From Myxococcota bacterium (lineage in GTDB: Bacteria > Myxococcota_A > SURF-8): DNA of 64,000 nt. Location: assembly GCA_965140415.1 (NCBI GenBank), contig OZ223209.1, forward strand, positions 4,288,001 to 4,352,000, written 5' to 3'. Under the pieces are notes generated by a model that was not told the origin of the DNA, ran no database searches, and saw only the letters and a program-made list of their open reading frames with translations. Below, piece after piece: positions 8,301 through 17,344 of this stretch (position 1 is its first letter; each line of letters starts with the position of its first letter). A program made the translations under genes and the position numbers.

Positions 8301-10068
8301 CTTCTTCATCATCCGACAATCTAGTTCCAGGTCGGTCAAATTGAATTCCAAGTAGTCTGCCTGAATCCGACTTGTCAGTTAGTCTGAGACGTACGTATTG
8401 ATCAAAATCGAAATCCTCTGGAAAATCATCGAAGGGAACCATATCTGAATTCATCGTACAGATATATTGAGCACTGTTCGCTGACGTGATTTCTGCCGCT
8501 CGCGCCAGTGCCATTGCTCGCTGTCTGGGATCGACAGCATCGTACATTAGGGTATCGTGAATAAGAAAATCAATTTGATCCTGTTTTTCCAGCTGCAACT
8601 GCAACAAGGCAAGATCAAAGCAGAATATTTTCATTTTATCGATACCATCACTGCCAGTTCTATCAATTTCCACTTCGTAACTATACCCCTTATCATCAAT
8701 GTCGATTATCAATTTCCCAGGAGTTTTGTAGAGAGCTTGAGTATTGTCATTGAATAGACGTATTGCATTTTCCCATATTTTGCGTCTGTCTTCGTGATCC
8801 TGCTCTGCGATCTTTACCGCTTCGGCCTTTTGCGCTTTTATCTCACGTTTTTGCTTACTGATTGATTTCAGTTCATCGATTCTCGACTGAATTTTGTTCA
8901 GTTCATTCTGCGCCAACGTATTGCGCTCTTGAAGTTTGGTCATCTCCTGAAGAGCACCATGTGTTTCAAGAATCTTCAGCAATTTAGCTCGCTTTTGCGT
9001 AAATAGGGCGATCTGGCTTTCACGGTCTGTGATCGAGCTTTCAATCCTTGATATTTCCCTTTCAAGGAATTCTCGACGGTTGGTTATGATGCTTTCATGA
9101 AATTCTTTCGCTTGTGATAGCGTCCTTTTTACATCACCACTGAAAACAAGCCCAGATTCTTTGTAAAGCTGCTCAAGAGCCTCTGTATTTGCAGGTAGTA
9201 CGTCTGCAATAGATTCCTTGTATCTGTAGAGTTTGCGTTTATCCGATATATTTTCATTGGTTAAACCATGAATTTCACTCGTTAGCTGATCAGCTTCCTC
9301 TTGGATTTCATGGTACTCGGGATGAACAAGAAATGACTCTATCGATTGTGCGAGCGCATTCGTATTTTGTTCAAGTTGAACGCGCTCGGCTTCAAGTTCA
9401 CCTATCGTACTAACCCCTGAGACTTTACCTTTACTCAGTGCATTCAAACCCAGTCTTGTTTCTTCAAGCTCCTCAATTTTTGAAACATTTTCCCATCCCA
9501 AATCAAGAAGATATGCGATATTGACTTTCGCGATTATTCCTTTTTGTTGTGGGAGATACTTGAACGGGGTGATATATGCGCCGGGTTTCGTCCGAATAAA
9601 ATACGATATTAGGCTACGATATGTTGGTTTGTGTTGATAAGTTTCATCGTTTGGCGACAATCCGAATAGTGCCCAACCAAGTAGTTTTCTCCAGCGAGTA
9701 AGGTTGAAGAAATGTTCTGCTGTGTCATCATCCAAATCTGGCTGATCGCACCATCCCTCTGTGTCGCCTTCAATAACGATCCGGTTATGTGAAGAAACAG
9801 CACGAGAAATCTTAACTCGATTGCCAGCTACTGTTGCCTCCAGCGTGAAAACCCATTCTTTGAGTGGGTCGATAATTAGCTTTTTTCCGGTTTTCGCTGA
9901 TCCTCCAAGACAAAAATCGATGATGTCAAGAAGCGTTGATTTTCCGAGGCCATTGCAGGTGTCTTTCTTTGAAGAAGTTTCCGTGCGCTCTGCAATGATA
10001 ACGTTTAGACCGGTTTCAAATGAAACAGTCCTAAAGCTGGCAATATTTGCTGAAACGCTATGTATCAC
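8290..10068 (-). CDS. DUF2326-type SMC-like ABC ATPase (ABC-three-component / Lamassu LmuB-like)
   Basis: Walker A NGLGKST, long coiled coil, C-terminal GSDGIDKMKIFCFDLAL and FLIHDTLMYDAVDPRQ. Confidence 0.85.
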   Translation of the reverse strand: MIHSVSANIASFRTVSFETGLNVIIAERTETSSKKDTCNGLGKSTLLDIIDFCLGGSAKTGKKLIIDPLKEWVFTLEATVAGNRVKISRAVSSHNRIVIEGDTEGWCDQPDLDDDTAEHFFNLTRWRKLLGWALFGLSPNDETYQHKPTYRSLISYFIRTKPGAYITPFKYLPQQKGIIAKVNIAYLLDLGWENVSKIEELEETRLGLNALSKGKVSGVSTIGELEAERVQLEQNTNALAQSIESFLVHPEYHEIQEEADQLTSEIHGLTNENISDKRKLYRYKESIADVLPANTEALEQLYKESGLVFSGDVKRTLSQAKEFHESIITNRREFLEREISRIESSITDRESQIALFTQKRAKLLKILETHGALQEMTKLQERNTLAQNELNKIQSRIDELKSISKQKREIKAQKAEAVKIAEQDHEDRRKIWENAIRLFNDNTQALYKTPGKLIIDIDDKGYSYEVEIDRTGSDGIDKMKIFCFDLALLQLQLEKQDQIDFLIHDTLMYDAVDPRQRAMALARAAEITSANSAQYICTMNSDMVPFDDFPEDFDFDQYVRLRLTDKSDSGRLLGIQFDRPGTRLSDDEEDDE

Positions 10069-10292
10069 GACTGTTCCTTTACTACCATGCCATTAGATAA
10101 TGTGACGACTCCAGTTATGTACAGCATGTCCAGAGCCAATACGAATCGCTCGAAGTTACCGACAGATTTATTACATCGTACCTTTTCCCATAAATTGGTG
10201 ACGGTTTGCGGTCGTTTCAGTTCTTTGATCAGCACAGCCCCCACCCCTAAAAAGGATTGATCTTGCGAAATATGTTTGGATGGGAGGATCAT
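10065..10292 (-). CDS. ABC-three-component middle component (LmuC-like small protein)
   Basis: 75 aa MILPSKHI...SFLGVGAVLIKEL...LWEKV...FERFVLALDMLYITG, overlapping both neighbours. Confidence 0.8.
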   Translation of the reverse strand: MILPSKHISQDQSFLGVGAVLIKELKRPQTVTNLWEKVRCNKSVGNFERFVLALDMLYITGVVTLSNGMVVKEQS

Positions 10293-11047
10293 TTTTCAAA
10301 TACCTCGCACGCTTCGAAAAAGTGAACCAGTAACGCCAATCCGGCAGCCTTCATATTGAAATCTGACGAACCATTACAGGAGAACTCTTGCAGCTCTGCA
10401 AATATGGCATCGCTGGTCAGCCCCTCAGTATCTCTCAATCCTATGTATTTTTGCTTGAAACCTGCAACTAACCGATCCACAAAACCGGAATCAATCTGCT
10501 CCATCCCTTCAAGGAATTGCCGAACCTCTTCCCCCTGCATCAAACCCATCGCGATCCGTTTGCGGATAGGGTCTGACAGGGAATTCTTTTTGATTTTTTT
10601 ATCGGGGGGAACAATCGAGAATTCAGGCGGCTGAGACACTGTCTGAACTGAAATCCCCTTGATTGCAACCTCAAGCTCAGCAAATCCTATATCGGACATG
10701 CTTTCATCAAGTTTTTCATGAACCCATGTCTCATGTTCGGTTTTCAGGTTCCTCAAGAATTCAACGCTATACTGGCTCTGCAGTGTATCAACCGTGTCAT
10801 GGCAGGTTGGGCAAAGAAGAACCCAATTTTCGTATGTATCCAGCTTGTCCCTTGGATATGTCAGGTCAGCCCGCGGTCCACCATCGGAATGAGCGATGAT
10901 GTGCCCAATTTTTCCTATTTGCTTGGCTTTGTCGCTGGGTTCACCTTCTAAAATAAGCTCTTTTCTGCATTTCGGGAACGCACATCGTCCAGCAGCAAGC
11001 CCATACAATATTTTCACATCAGCTTGGGGATATTTTCTATCACTCAT
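10289..11047 (-). CDS. HNH endonuclease effector with ABC-3C-type C-terminal domain (LmuA-like)
   Basis: GRCAFPKC...GHIIAHSDGGPR...YENWVLLCPTCHDTVD Zn-HNH domain; C-terminus HFFEACEVFEK resembles ABC-3C CTD endings. Confidence 0.8.
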   Translation of the reverse strand: MSDRKYPQADVKILYGLAAGRCAFPKCRKELILEGEPSDKAKQIGKIGHIIAHSDGGPRADLTYPRDKLDTYENWVLLCPTCHDTVDTLQSQYSVEFLRNLKTEHETWVHEKLDESMSDIGFAELEVAIKGISVQTVSQPPEFSIVPPDKKIKKNSLSDPIRKRIAMGLMQGEEVRQFLEGMEQIDSGFVDRLVAGFKQKYIGLRDTEGLTSDAIFAELQEFSCNGSSDFNMKAAGLALLVHFFEACEVFEK

Positions 11048-12168
11048 ACCACCACCTCCCCACTCATCAATCGTGGAAGCAGAAGATCGCGGGCTTGGGC
11101 GAGAGCAACGTTTGCCTTACCTAGTGAAAGAACCTGCTCAAAAATAGGCTGAGCTATATGGTCAAACATATTCAGCAGAGAACTTGCTTTAGGCAATATC
11201 AATGTCTTACGACCGATATAATCTGTATTTAGATTTTTCTGTGTAGCCCCATCACCTATCCCTGACAATATCTCGCGCTGTTTCGCAAGCAAACCACAAT
11301 ATAGGAACCATTTTGAGATTCGGGTCAAGTTTTTGAAATAGAGCCATCCATCATGGATGCAACCTTCTATACCGGTGAAGTACGGAATTCCACATGTGGC
11401 ACTATTTGACAAGATAAGCTCTCCAGGCGGCAGCAGTACACTCTTTTTGATACCCGACTCGAGTATTCTCTCGGCAGTTGATAAAACGAAAGGATGACCT
11501 GTGGCAGTAGCATCACCAATCTTATACCAAGGGACTGTACCATCAAGAAAATCCCTAATTGGACGTGGCGAACCGCCACGACCAACTGTGCAAAGACTAG
11601 AAATCTCCACCTTCTCCCACCCCTCCGGCACGCCGTTGGTGATGGTGGCGTGCTCGTGGCCGGGGAAGCGCAGGTGGACGAACCATTCCCGGTACAAGAG
11701 CCGGGCGCTTTCCTCCAAGAGCTTGATGCGGCGGCGGTTGTTCTCAATGAGGTCGTCGTAGGCGGAGAGGGTGTCGGCAATAGCGGTGTGCGTGCTCTTT
11801 TCAGGAATAGAAACAATTCGTGCATGGAGATCGTTTCTGTTTACACCAGGAACCGCTGCTTTATCGCTTTGCGTTCCATGAAGAATATGTCGCAAGTAGT
11901 AGAAGATGAATCTCGGATCATGTCCTTTGAAATCTTGTACGTAAAGAGCCGTATTCAGTGGCCAGTAATCCCCATCAACGAAGAACACTTCACCGAGCGT
12001 TCCGTAGCGTCCTGTCACAACTCCTGGACCTTCAACTTTGGCGGCATTATGAGTTCCCGTGATTCCAGATGATGAAACAATAGGAACATCACCCGATTTC
12101 CTCTGCTTGCTTGGAAGATCATATCCTCTCTTTAGGGTCAGTATTTCTCCGAGCTTTGCTTGCTGCAT
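11044..12168 (-). CDS. hsdS: Type I restriction-modification specificity subunit
   Basis: Two TRDs separated by the conserved YDDLIENNRRRIKLLEE...LYREWFV...VPEGW spacer; ends in RDLLLPRLMSGE. Confidence 0.95.
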   Translation of the reverse strand: MQQAKLGEILTLKRGYDLPSKQRKSGDVPIVSSSGITGTHNAAKVEGPGVVTGRYGTLGEVFFVDGDYWPLNTALYVQDFKGHDPRFIFYYLRHILHGTQSDKAAVPGVNRNDLHARIVSIPEKSTHTAIADTLSAYDDLIENNRRRIKLLEESARLLYREWFVHLRFPGHEHATITNGVPEGWEKVEISSLCTVGRGGSPRPIRDFLDGTVPWYKIGDATATGHPFVLSTAERILESGIKKSVLLPPGELILSNSATCGIPYFTGIEGCIHDGWLYFKNLTRISKWFLYCGLLAKQREILSGIGDGATQKNLNTDYIGRKTLILPKASSLLNMFDHIAQPIFEQVLSLGKANVALAQARDLLLPRLMSGEVVV

Positions 12169-14289
12169 TTAAGCCCCCAACCCCTCGAAATTCTTCTTGA
12201 TGGTTGCAGCCAGTTGGGCGGCTTCCTCGTTCAGGCCTTCCAGCTCGATGTGAATCTCGCGCAGCGTCTCCTCGAAATCGAAATCCTCGTCCTCCTCTTC
12301 CGGCGCCACGCCCACATAACGCCCCGGCGTCAGGCTCCAGTCGTGCTCTTTGAGCGTGCCCGCGTCCACTACCTTCACCAGGCCTTCCACGTCCGCAAGC
12401 TCGCCTTCGGGGAAGCGATCCAGCAGCCAGCGCGCCTGCCGGTGGACATAGCGCACCTGCCGCAGTTGCTCCACCGCCACCTGCCGCGCTTCGTCCGCCG
12501 CCTTACGGGCGCTTGAGACTTCGCGGGTCGCCCAGGCATCGCTCGCCTTGGCGTCCAGCTCCTTTTCGCACACGTCCACCACGCGCAAAGCCAGCTTGAC
12601 GAGCTGATCGGCCTGCTTGCCCAGGTTGCGGCTCTGCTCGGCCAGCGCCCCAAGCGGATCGGCAGCCTTCTTTACAGCTGCTAAGGTCCGTTTGGCTTTC
12701 GACCATGCGGCGGCTTCCTTTTCAAGCGCTTTCCGGAAGGCGGCCACGTCATGCTCGAAGGTCGCTTTCGCCTCCGCAAACGCTGCCAGCGGCTCGGCCT
12801 GCGCGCCGCCTTTGGCCTGTATCTTGATGAAAGGCGCGATGGCCTTGTCGAGCGCGGCCAGCGCGTCCATGAAATCGGGGATGGGATGCAGGGTTTCGCC
12901 GTCTACCGCGAGCGCGAAACAGCCGTCACCCTCTGCGAGCGTACGGTCGAGGTAGCTTGCTAAAAGCTCCACGAAGCGGTCGCTCTGCCCGCGATACAGC
13001 CAAACGATGGACAGGATGTTTTGCAGCTGTTCGGGCGAGAAGTCGTTGATCTTGCGCGTCACCTTGCGATAGACGTTGCGGGCGTCGATCATCAGCACCT
13101 TGTCGCGCATCGCCTCCGGCTTGCCGCGATTCAAGAACCACAGCTCGCAGGGCACGGAGCGCGTGTAGAAGAAGTTCGAGCGGATGGCGATCATCACGTC
13201 CACCGCGCCGCTCTCAACGAGCTTCTGGCGAACCTTCGCCTCACCGCGCCCGGCGCTCGACGCCTGGCTGCTCATCACGAAACCCGCCCGCCCGCGTTCG
13301 TTCAGATACGAGTAAAAATAGCTGATCCACAGGTAGTTGCCGTTCGACACCTTACCTTCTTTGTTGACGCCCGGCAGGCCGAAGGGCAGCCGTGGATCGC
13401 GCTTGACCTTGCCCGCGTCCACTTCGTCCACGTTGAACGGCGGATTGGCCATGACGTAATCGGCTTTCTGGAACAACTCGTGCGGGTCTTCGTAGTAGGT
13501 GATCGCCTTCTGGATGTCGCCTTCCAGCCCGTGCACGGCCAGGTTCATCTTGGCCAGCCGGATCGTGGTGCTGTTCTTCTCCAGCCCGTAAAAAGCCAGC
13601 CGCTCGGACGGGTCGGCCTCCATCCGCTCCACGAAGCGGGCGCTCTGTACGAACATGCCGCCCGAACCGCAGGCCGGGTCCAGCACCTTGCCATGCTCCG
13701 GCTCCAGCACGTTGGCGATCAGCGAGACAATCGAGATCGGGGTGAAGAACTCGCCGCCGTCGTGCGCCTTCTGATCGGCGAACTGGGTAAGGAAATACTC
13801 GTAAATACGCCCGAAGATGTCGCCATCGGCGCGCTTCAGCTCGTCGGGGTTCAATGTGCGAAGCAGGCTGGCCAGAAGGTCATTGTCCAGCTCCTGATAC
13901 TCCTGCTTGGGCAGCACACCGCGCAGGGATTCATAATCCTCTTCTATCGACTCCATCGCCGCGATGATGCGCTGGGCGCGGTCTTCATGATCGGGCAGGC
14001 TGGCGAGATAGTCGAACTGCGCCTCGTCGCGCAGGAAAATCGAGCTTTTCTGGCTGAAGTCTTCCTTTTTGAGAGCGCGCACCTTGCCGCCGCGGGAGGG
14101 CAGCGTGCCCTCGATCTGCTCGCGCACGGTCAGGTAGCGGTTGTAGGCGTGGCGCAGAAAAACCAGGCCCATCACCGGCAGGAAATATTCGTTGCTGGCG
14201 TAGTTGGAGTTGGCGCGCAGAGTATCCGCCGCCTTCCAGAGCCGCTTTTCTATCGCTTCAATGTTTTCGAGCTGGGGCATGGGGAACAA
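12169..14289 (-). CDS. hsdM: Type I restriction-modification DNA adenine methyltransferase
   Basis: LWKAADTLR, GEFFTP, DPACGSGGM, NPPF catalytic motif, WSLTPGRYVG. Confidence 0.96.
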   Translation of the reverse strand: MFPMPQLENIEAIEKRLWKAADTLRANSNYASNEYFLPVMGLVFLRHAYNRYLTVREQIEGTLPSRGGKVRALKKEDFSQKSSIFLRDEAQFDYLASLPDHEDRAQRIIAAMESIEEDYESLRGVLPKQEYQELDNDLLASLLRTLNPDELKRADGDIFGRIYEYFLTQFADQKAHDGGEFFTPISIVSLIANVLEPEHGKVLDPACGSGGMFVQSARFVERMEADPSERLAFYGLEKNSTTIRLAKMNLAVHGLEGDIQKAITYYEDPHELFQKADYVMANPPFNVDEVDAGKVKRDPRLPFGLPGVNKEGKVSNGNYLWISYFYSYLNERGRAGFVMSSQASSAGRGEAKVRQKLVESGAVDVMIAIRSNFFYTRSVPCELWFLNRGKPEAMRDKVLMIDARNVYRKVTRKINDFSPEQLQNILSIVWLYRGQSDRFVELLASYLDRTLAEGDGCFALAVDGETLHPIPDFMDALAALDKAIAPFIKIQAKGGAQAEPLAAFAEAKATFEHDVAAFRKALEKEAAAWSKAKRTLAAVKKAADPLGALAEQSRNLGKQADQLVKLALRVVDVCEKELDAKASDAWATREVSSARKAADEARQVAVEQLRQVRYVHRQARWLLDRFPEGELADVEGLVKVVDAGTLKEHDWSLTPGRYVGVAPEEEDEDFDFEETLREIHIELEGLNEEAAQLAATIKKNFEGLGA

Positions 14290-14650
14290 CCTTCTATGCT
14301 ACTTGCTCCTGGCTTCATCCAAATCGGACGGATGCCTGGAAGTCATTTTGTTTCGTTGACGACGCTGATATATAGAACCATTGTAATCTCAACAAGTTAT
14401 AACGTATATATCATTCATCGCCATACGTCAAGAAACGAAAATTATGCCGATATTGTGACATAAGAACTGAAGAAAGCGGATCGACAAATAGCCCGGTCGA
14501 ATGGCTCTCTTTCATCTTTTCAGTGAACGCCACCATACCACAACCGGCGGCGTTCGATCGATCATTCCACCAACAATCCTACCGCACCCGGCGGCGGCGC
14601 AAAGCCAAGGCCGGGTGGCCTTCGTGCGTCGAGACACACATGGAGGCAGC

Positions 14651-15328
14651 ATGGAATTGTGTTCCCAAAACCAGCAGTCCTGTCAACCCGTTCCCATGTC
14701 CCATGAAGCGATCAACGCATCCTTCACCGAGATGGTCGAAGATGGCATTTTCCGCCCGGTCATGAGGCATTTGGGCGACGCCTTCGACGCCGAGGATCGT
14801 TTTCAGGAAGGCACGTGCATGATCTACGACGATTACCGCCGCGCCGCCGAGCGTGGCAAGCCGACCGACCGCGCCGCGCTGGTTTACGGCTTGAAACTGA
14901 AAAGCTTCGACGTCACCCACCGCTTCACCCGAACCGGACACGGTCGCCGCAGAGACGTGCTGGGCTCACCGGCCTGTGTCTTGGACGGCATCAAGGTTTT
15001 GCGCTTTGACGGCCTGAATTACGAAGAAGACGGCCCGTTCGACGATACCTATGTCGATCACGAGAACCCCATGAGCTTCGTCAACGAGATCAGTTTCCAA
15101 TCCGCCAATTTCGAGACTCAGGTGATTTCCAAGCTGGATCTTGACGGATGGCTTGATAATCAGACCCAAACGGATCAGACGATGCTGGCCATGCGTCAGG
15201 CGGGTCATTCGCTCGCCGAAATCGCCGCAAAGGTCGGTTGCTCCGTAAGTAAGTGCAGCCGTCGCCTGCTCGATCTCGGCTTCGATTTGGCCGAGGCGGC
15301 GCAGCTGCCAATCCCGGCGAAAGCGTGA
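14651..15328 (+). CDS. Sigma70/ECF-like or HTH DNA-binding protein
   Basis: GGAGG then ATG at 14651; DAEDRFQEG (region 2-like) and C-terminal HTH GHSLAEIAAKVGCSVSKCSRRL (region 4-like). Confidence 0.6.
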   Translation: MELCSQNQQSCQPVPMSHEAINASFTEMVEDGIFRPVMRHLGDAFDAEDRFQEGTCMIYDDYRRAAERGKPTDRAALVYGLKLKSFDVTHRFTRTGHGRRRDVLGSPACVLDGIKVLRFDGLNYEEDGPFDDTYVDHENPMSFVNEISFQSANFETQVISKLDLDGWLDNQTQTDQTMLAMRQAGHSLAEIAAKVGCSVSKCSRRLLDLGFDLAEAAQLPIPAKA

Positions 15329-15330
15329 AG

Positions 15331-15522
15331 ATGAACAAATTGATTTTGAAAGAACGAGACTACGGCTTCGACGATGAGGAGCCTTATAGCCCCAACGATT
15401 ACGAGTACGAGCAACCGGAAGGAGATCCCGATTTGCAACTATTGCACAACCTGACCGTCGAACTGGCCGCCACCGGCGCCCGCGTTGTGGCAAAGTGGCT
15501 GCTTCGACGGTTCGAGAGATAA
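15331..15522 (+). CDS. Small acidic hypothetical protein
   Basis: ATG 2 nt after the upstream stop; 63 aa. Confidence 0.45.
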   Translation: MNKLILKERDYGFDDEEPYSPNDYEYEQPEGDPDLQLLHNLTVELAATGARVVAKWLLRRFER

Positions 15523-15677
15523 TCCCACCTGCACTCCCGCCATCATTCCCGCCTCCGTTCCCCAGCCGCACCTGCCTCCAGCGGCGGAAGAAAGATCCTA
15601 TTGGTCTTTCTTTTTAGATGGCCAGGTAGGGCATCAACAACAGGACGTATATTTGCCGAGACAATTAGGTACTAGCT

Positions 15678-16628
15678 TCAATCTCTTTTGAATTTATAGG
15701 CAGAAAAGTATCGGCATCCATTTTTCCACAACCTGGTTGATTTCGATCGGTCATATATATCAATCATCTTCATTTTGCCAGCAAAGCTGGTGACACGTGT
15801 GACACCTGCTTTAAAATGAAATCGAATTTCTGGAAAATAGCCTCTCTGATAAAACACAGAGACATCATTTGTTGATGGTGGATTTACCACGAAGGAAACA
15901 TCAATTGATTCATCATCTTCGGCAAATACATCTTTCTTGTTATCATATTTAGGGTTAACATTGATAGCTTTCCCAAAATTACCAATAAGCTTTATCATTT
16001 CATTCTTATCGTATACCAGATTACTGCTTTGCAGACTGCTAGAGGTTGATGAAAGAATAAGTGACCGTATTTCCTGAACACCATTTCTCTCTTCGAAGTC
16101 CAGGCTGAGTGTTTTGAATAAGGGGTGGGAGAGAAAGACATAAGTTAAACCCTCTGATCTATCCCATATTATATTGTTCTGGACCATGCTTTCTTTGACA
16201 ACTTCTGCGGGTTGGAAAAAGGGTATGTCGCAAAGAGATTCAAGGCTGTTTCGAGGTCTTTCTGATCTTTTTTCTTCTGTTTCACTATTTCCGGCAAGTA
16301 GACCTATGACCGAAACTGCAACGATCCCTAAGAATAGAATTATTGTAATGACAAGAACCCGTTTTTTGCGAATACCAGAAGAATTTAGACTATCGTCATC
16401 GGTTGGCAGAAGGTTTGTATCTTGCTCCCTTGGTATCACAGGAGGGGTGTCAGGTTCTGGATCTTCATAAGCGTTTTCGGATAGTATTTCTGAAACTATT
16501 CTCCAACCCATTGTGTTATGGTCATAGACAGACGAATCTAAAAGAACTCTGCGTTCATCTACCCATCTTTGAAGGGTTTGCAAATCAGGGCACTTATATT
16601 CATTCTCTCCTTCTTTTATAGTATACAT
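15678..16628 (-). CDS. Single-pass membrane protein with GYF_2-like N-terminal domain
   Basis: MYTIKEGENEYKCPDLQTLQRWVDERRV...VYDHNTMGWRIVSEI, then an acidic/Pro linker and TM helix VLVITIILFLGIVAVSVIGLLA; AT-rich. Confidence 0.6.
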   Translation of the reverse strand: MYTIKEGENEYKCPDLQTLQRWVDERRVLLDSSVYDHNTMGWRIVSEILSENAYEDPEPDTPPVIPREQDTNLLPTDDDSLNSSGIRKKRVLVITIILFLGIVAVSVIGLLAGNSETEEKRSERPRNSLESLCDIPFFQPAEVVKESMVQNNIIWDRSEGLTYVFLSHPLFKTLSLDFEERNGVQEIRSLILSSTSSSLQSSNLVYDKNEMIKLIGNFGKAINVNPKYDNKKDVFAEDDESIDVSFVVNPPSTNDVSVFYQRGYFPEIRFHFKAGVTRVTSFAGKMKMIDIYDRSKSTRLWKNGCRYFSAYKFKRD

Positions 16629-16677
16629 TATTCTTTCCAATCTCCTTTTTCCAGAAGGGACGATGTAATCAATAATC

Positions 16678-17205
16678 CTACTGTCTATGCTTCCTTCGCC
16701 AATCCCAGGGCGGAACGGGCTTTTCCTGCTCCCATAATCCACGTTTGGCCTTGCGCGCGTCCTGCTCCAGCCGCGCCAGCTTTTTGTCGTCCGGGTAGTA
16801 GCGCTTGAACCACCACGCCAGCCCGGCTTTCAGGATTTCGTGGTTCAGGAGCTTGCCGTCCGGCAGTCGAACCCATGAAACCCAACGACCATACTTGTCT
16901 TTTTCGACCGGAATCACGGTTACGGTCTTCTTTTTAGCCAATTCAATGACAAATTGCAAGGCCTTGCGCCCGTAAGGCTGCTTGTACTCCGGGCAGTCGA
17001 TTCCCGCCAGGCGCAACTCGCGCTTGATGTTTCCCGTTTTGCCGGTCTTGACGATCATCGAATCGCCGTCCTTGATCCAGTGGACAACCGCCTGATACGG
17101 CTTGGGAGCTTCAGATTCGCTTTGGGCTCTAGCCCCATCGGCAAGGCACAGCAGGACAAAGAAGATCAAGCCGCAAATAAATGCAATTTTCCATCGATGA
17201 TCCAT
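16678..17205 (-). CDS. Secreted thermonuclease (SNase family)
   Basis: Signal peptide, DGDS, LRLAGIDCPE, DKYGR, NHEILKAGLAW, ARKAKRGLW...PWDWR. Confidence 0.93.
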   Translation of the reverse strand: MDHRWKIAFICGLIFFVLLCLADGARAQSESEAPKPYQAVVHWIKDGDSMIVKTGKTGNIKRELRLAGIDCPEYKQPYGRKALQFVIELAKKKTVTVIPVEKDKYGRWVSWVRLPDGKLLNHEILKAGLAWWFKRYYPDDKKLARLEQDARKAKRGLWEQEKPVPPWDWRRKHRQ

Positions 17206-17344
17206 GCGAAGTCCTTTCTGAGTGATGAAGTGTAGCGCAACGATGTGACAGATTATGTCATACCCATGACGCAAATTTAGAATCAGGGTGCTACAACCCT
17301 TATATCTCTTTTGAAATCGTCTCTGGCATTACAATGACAATCCG

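Noticed and set aside
13021-14463. Long plus-strand ORF of 480 aa (likewise 862-1743, 5751-6911, 37649-38617)
   Set aside because: Antisense shadows of well-supported GC-rich genes (hsdM, TonB receptor, hsdR, alaS) with no recognisable motifs.
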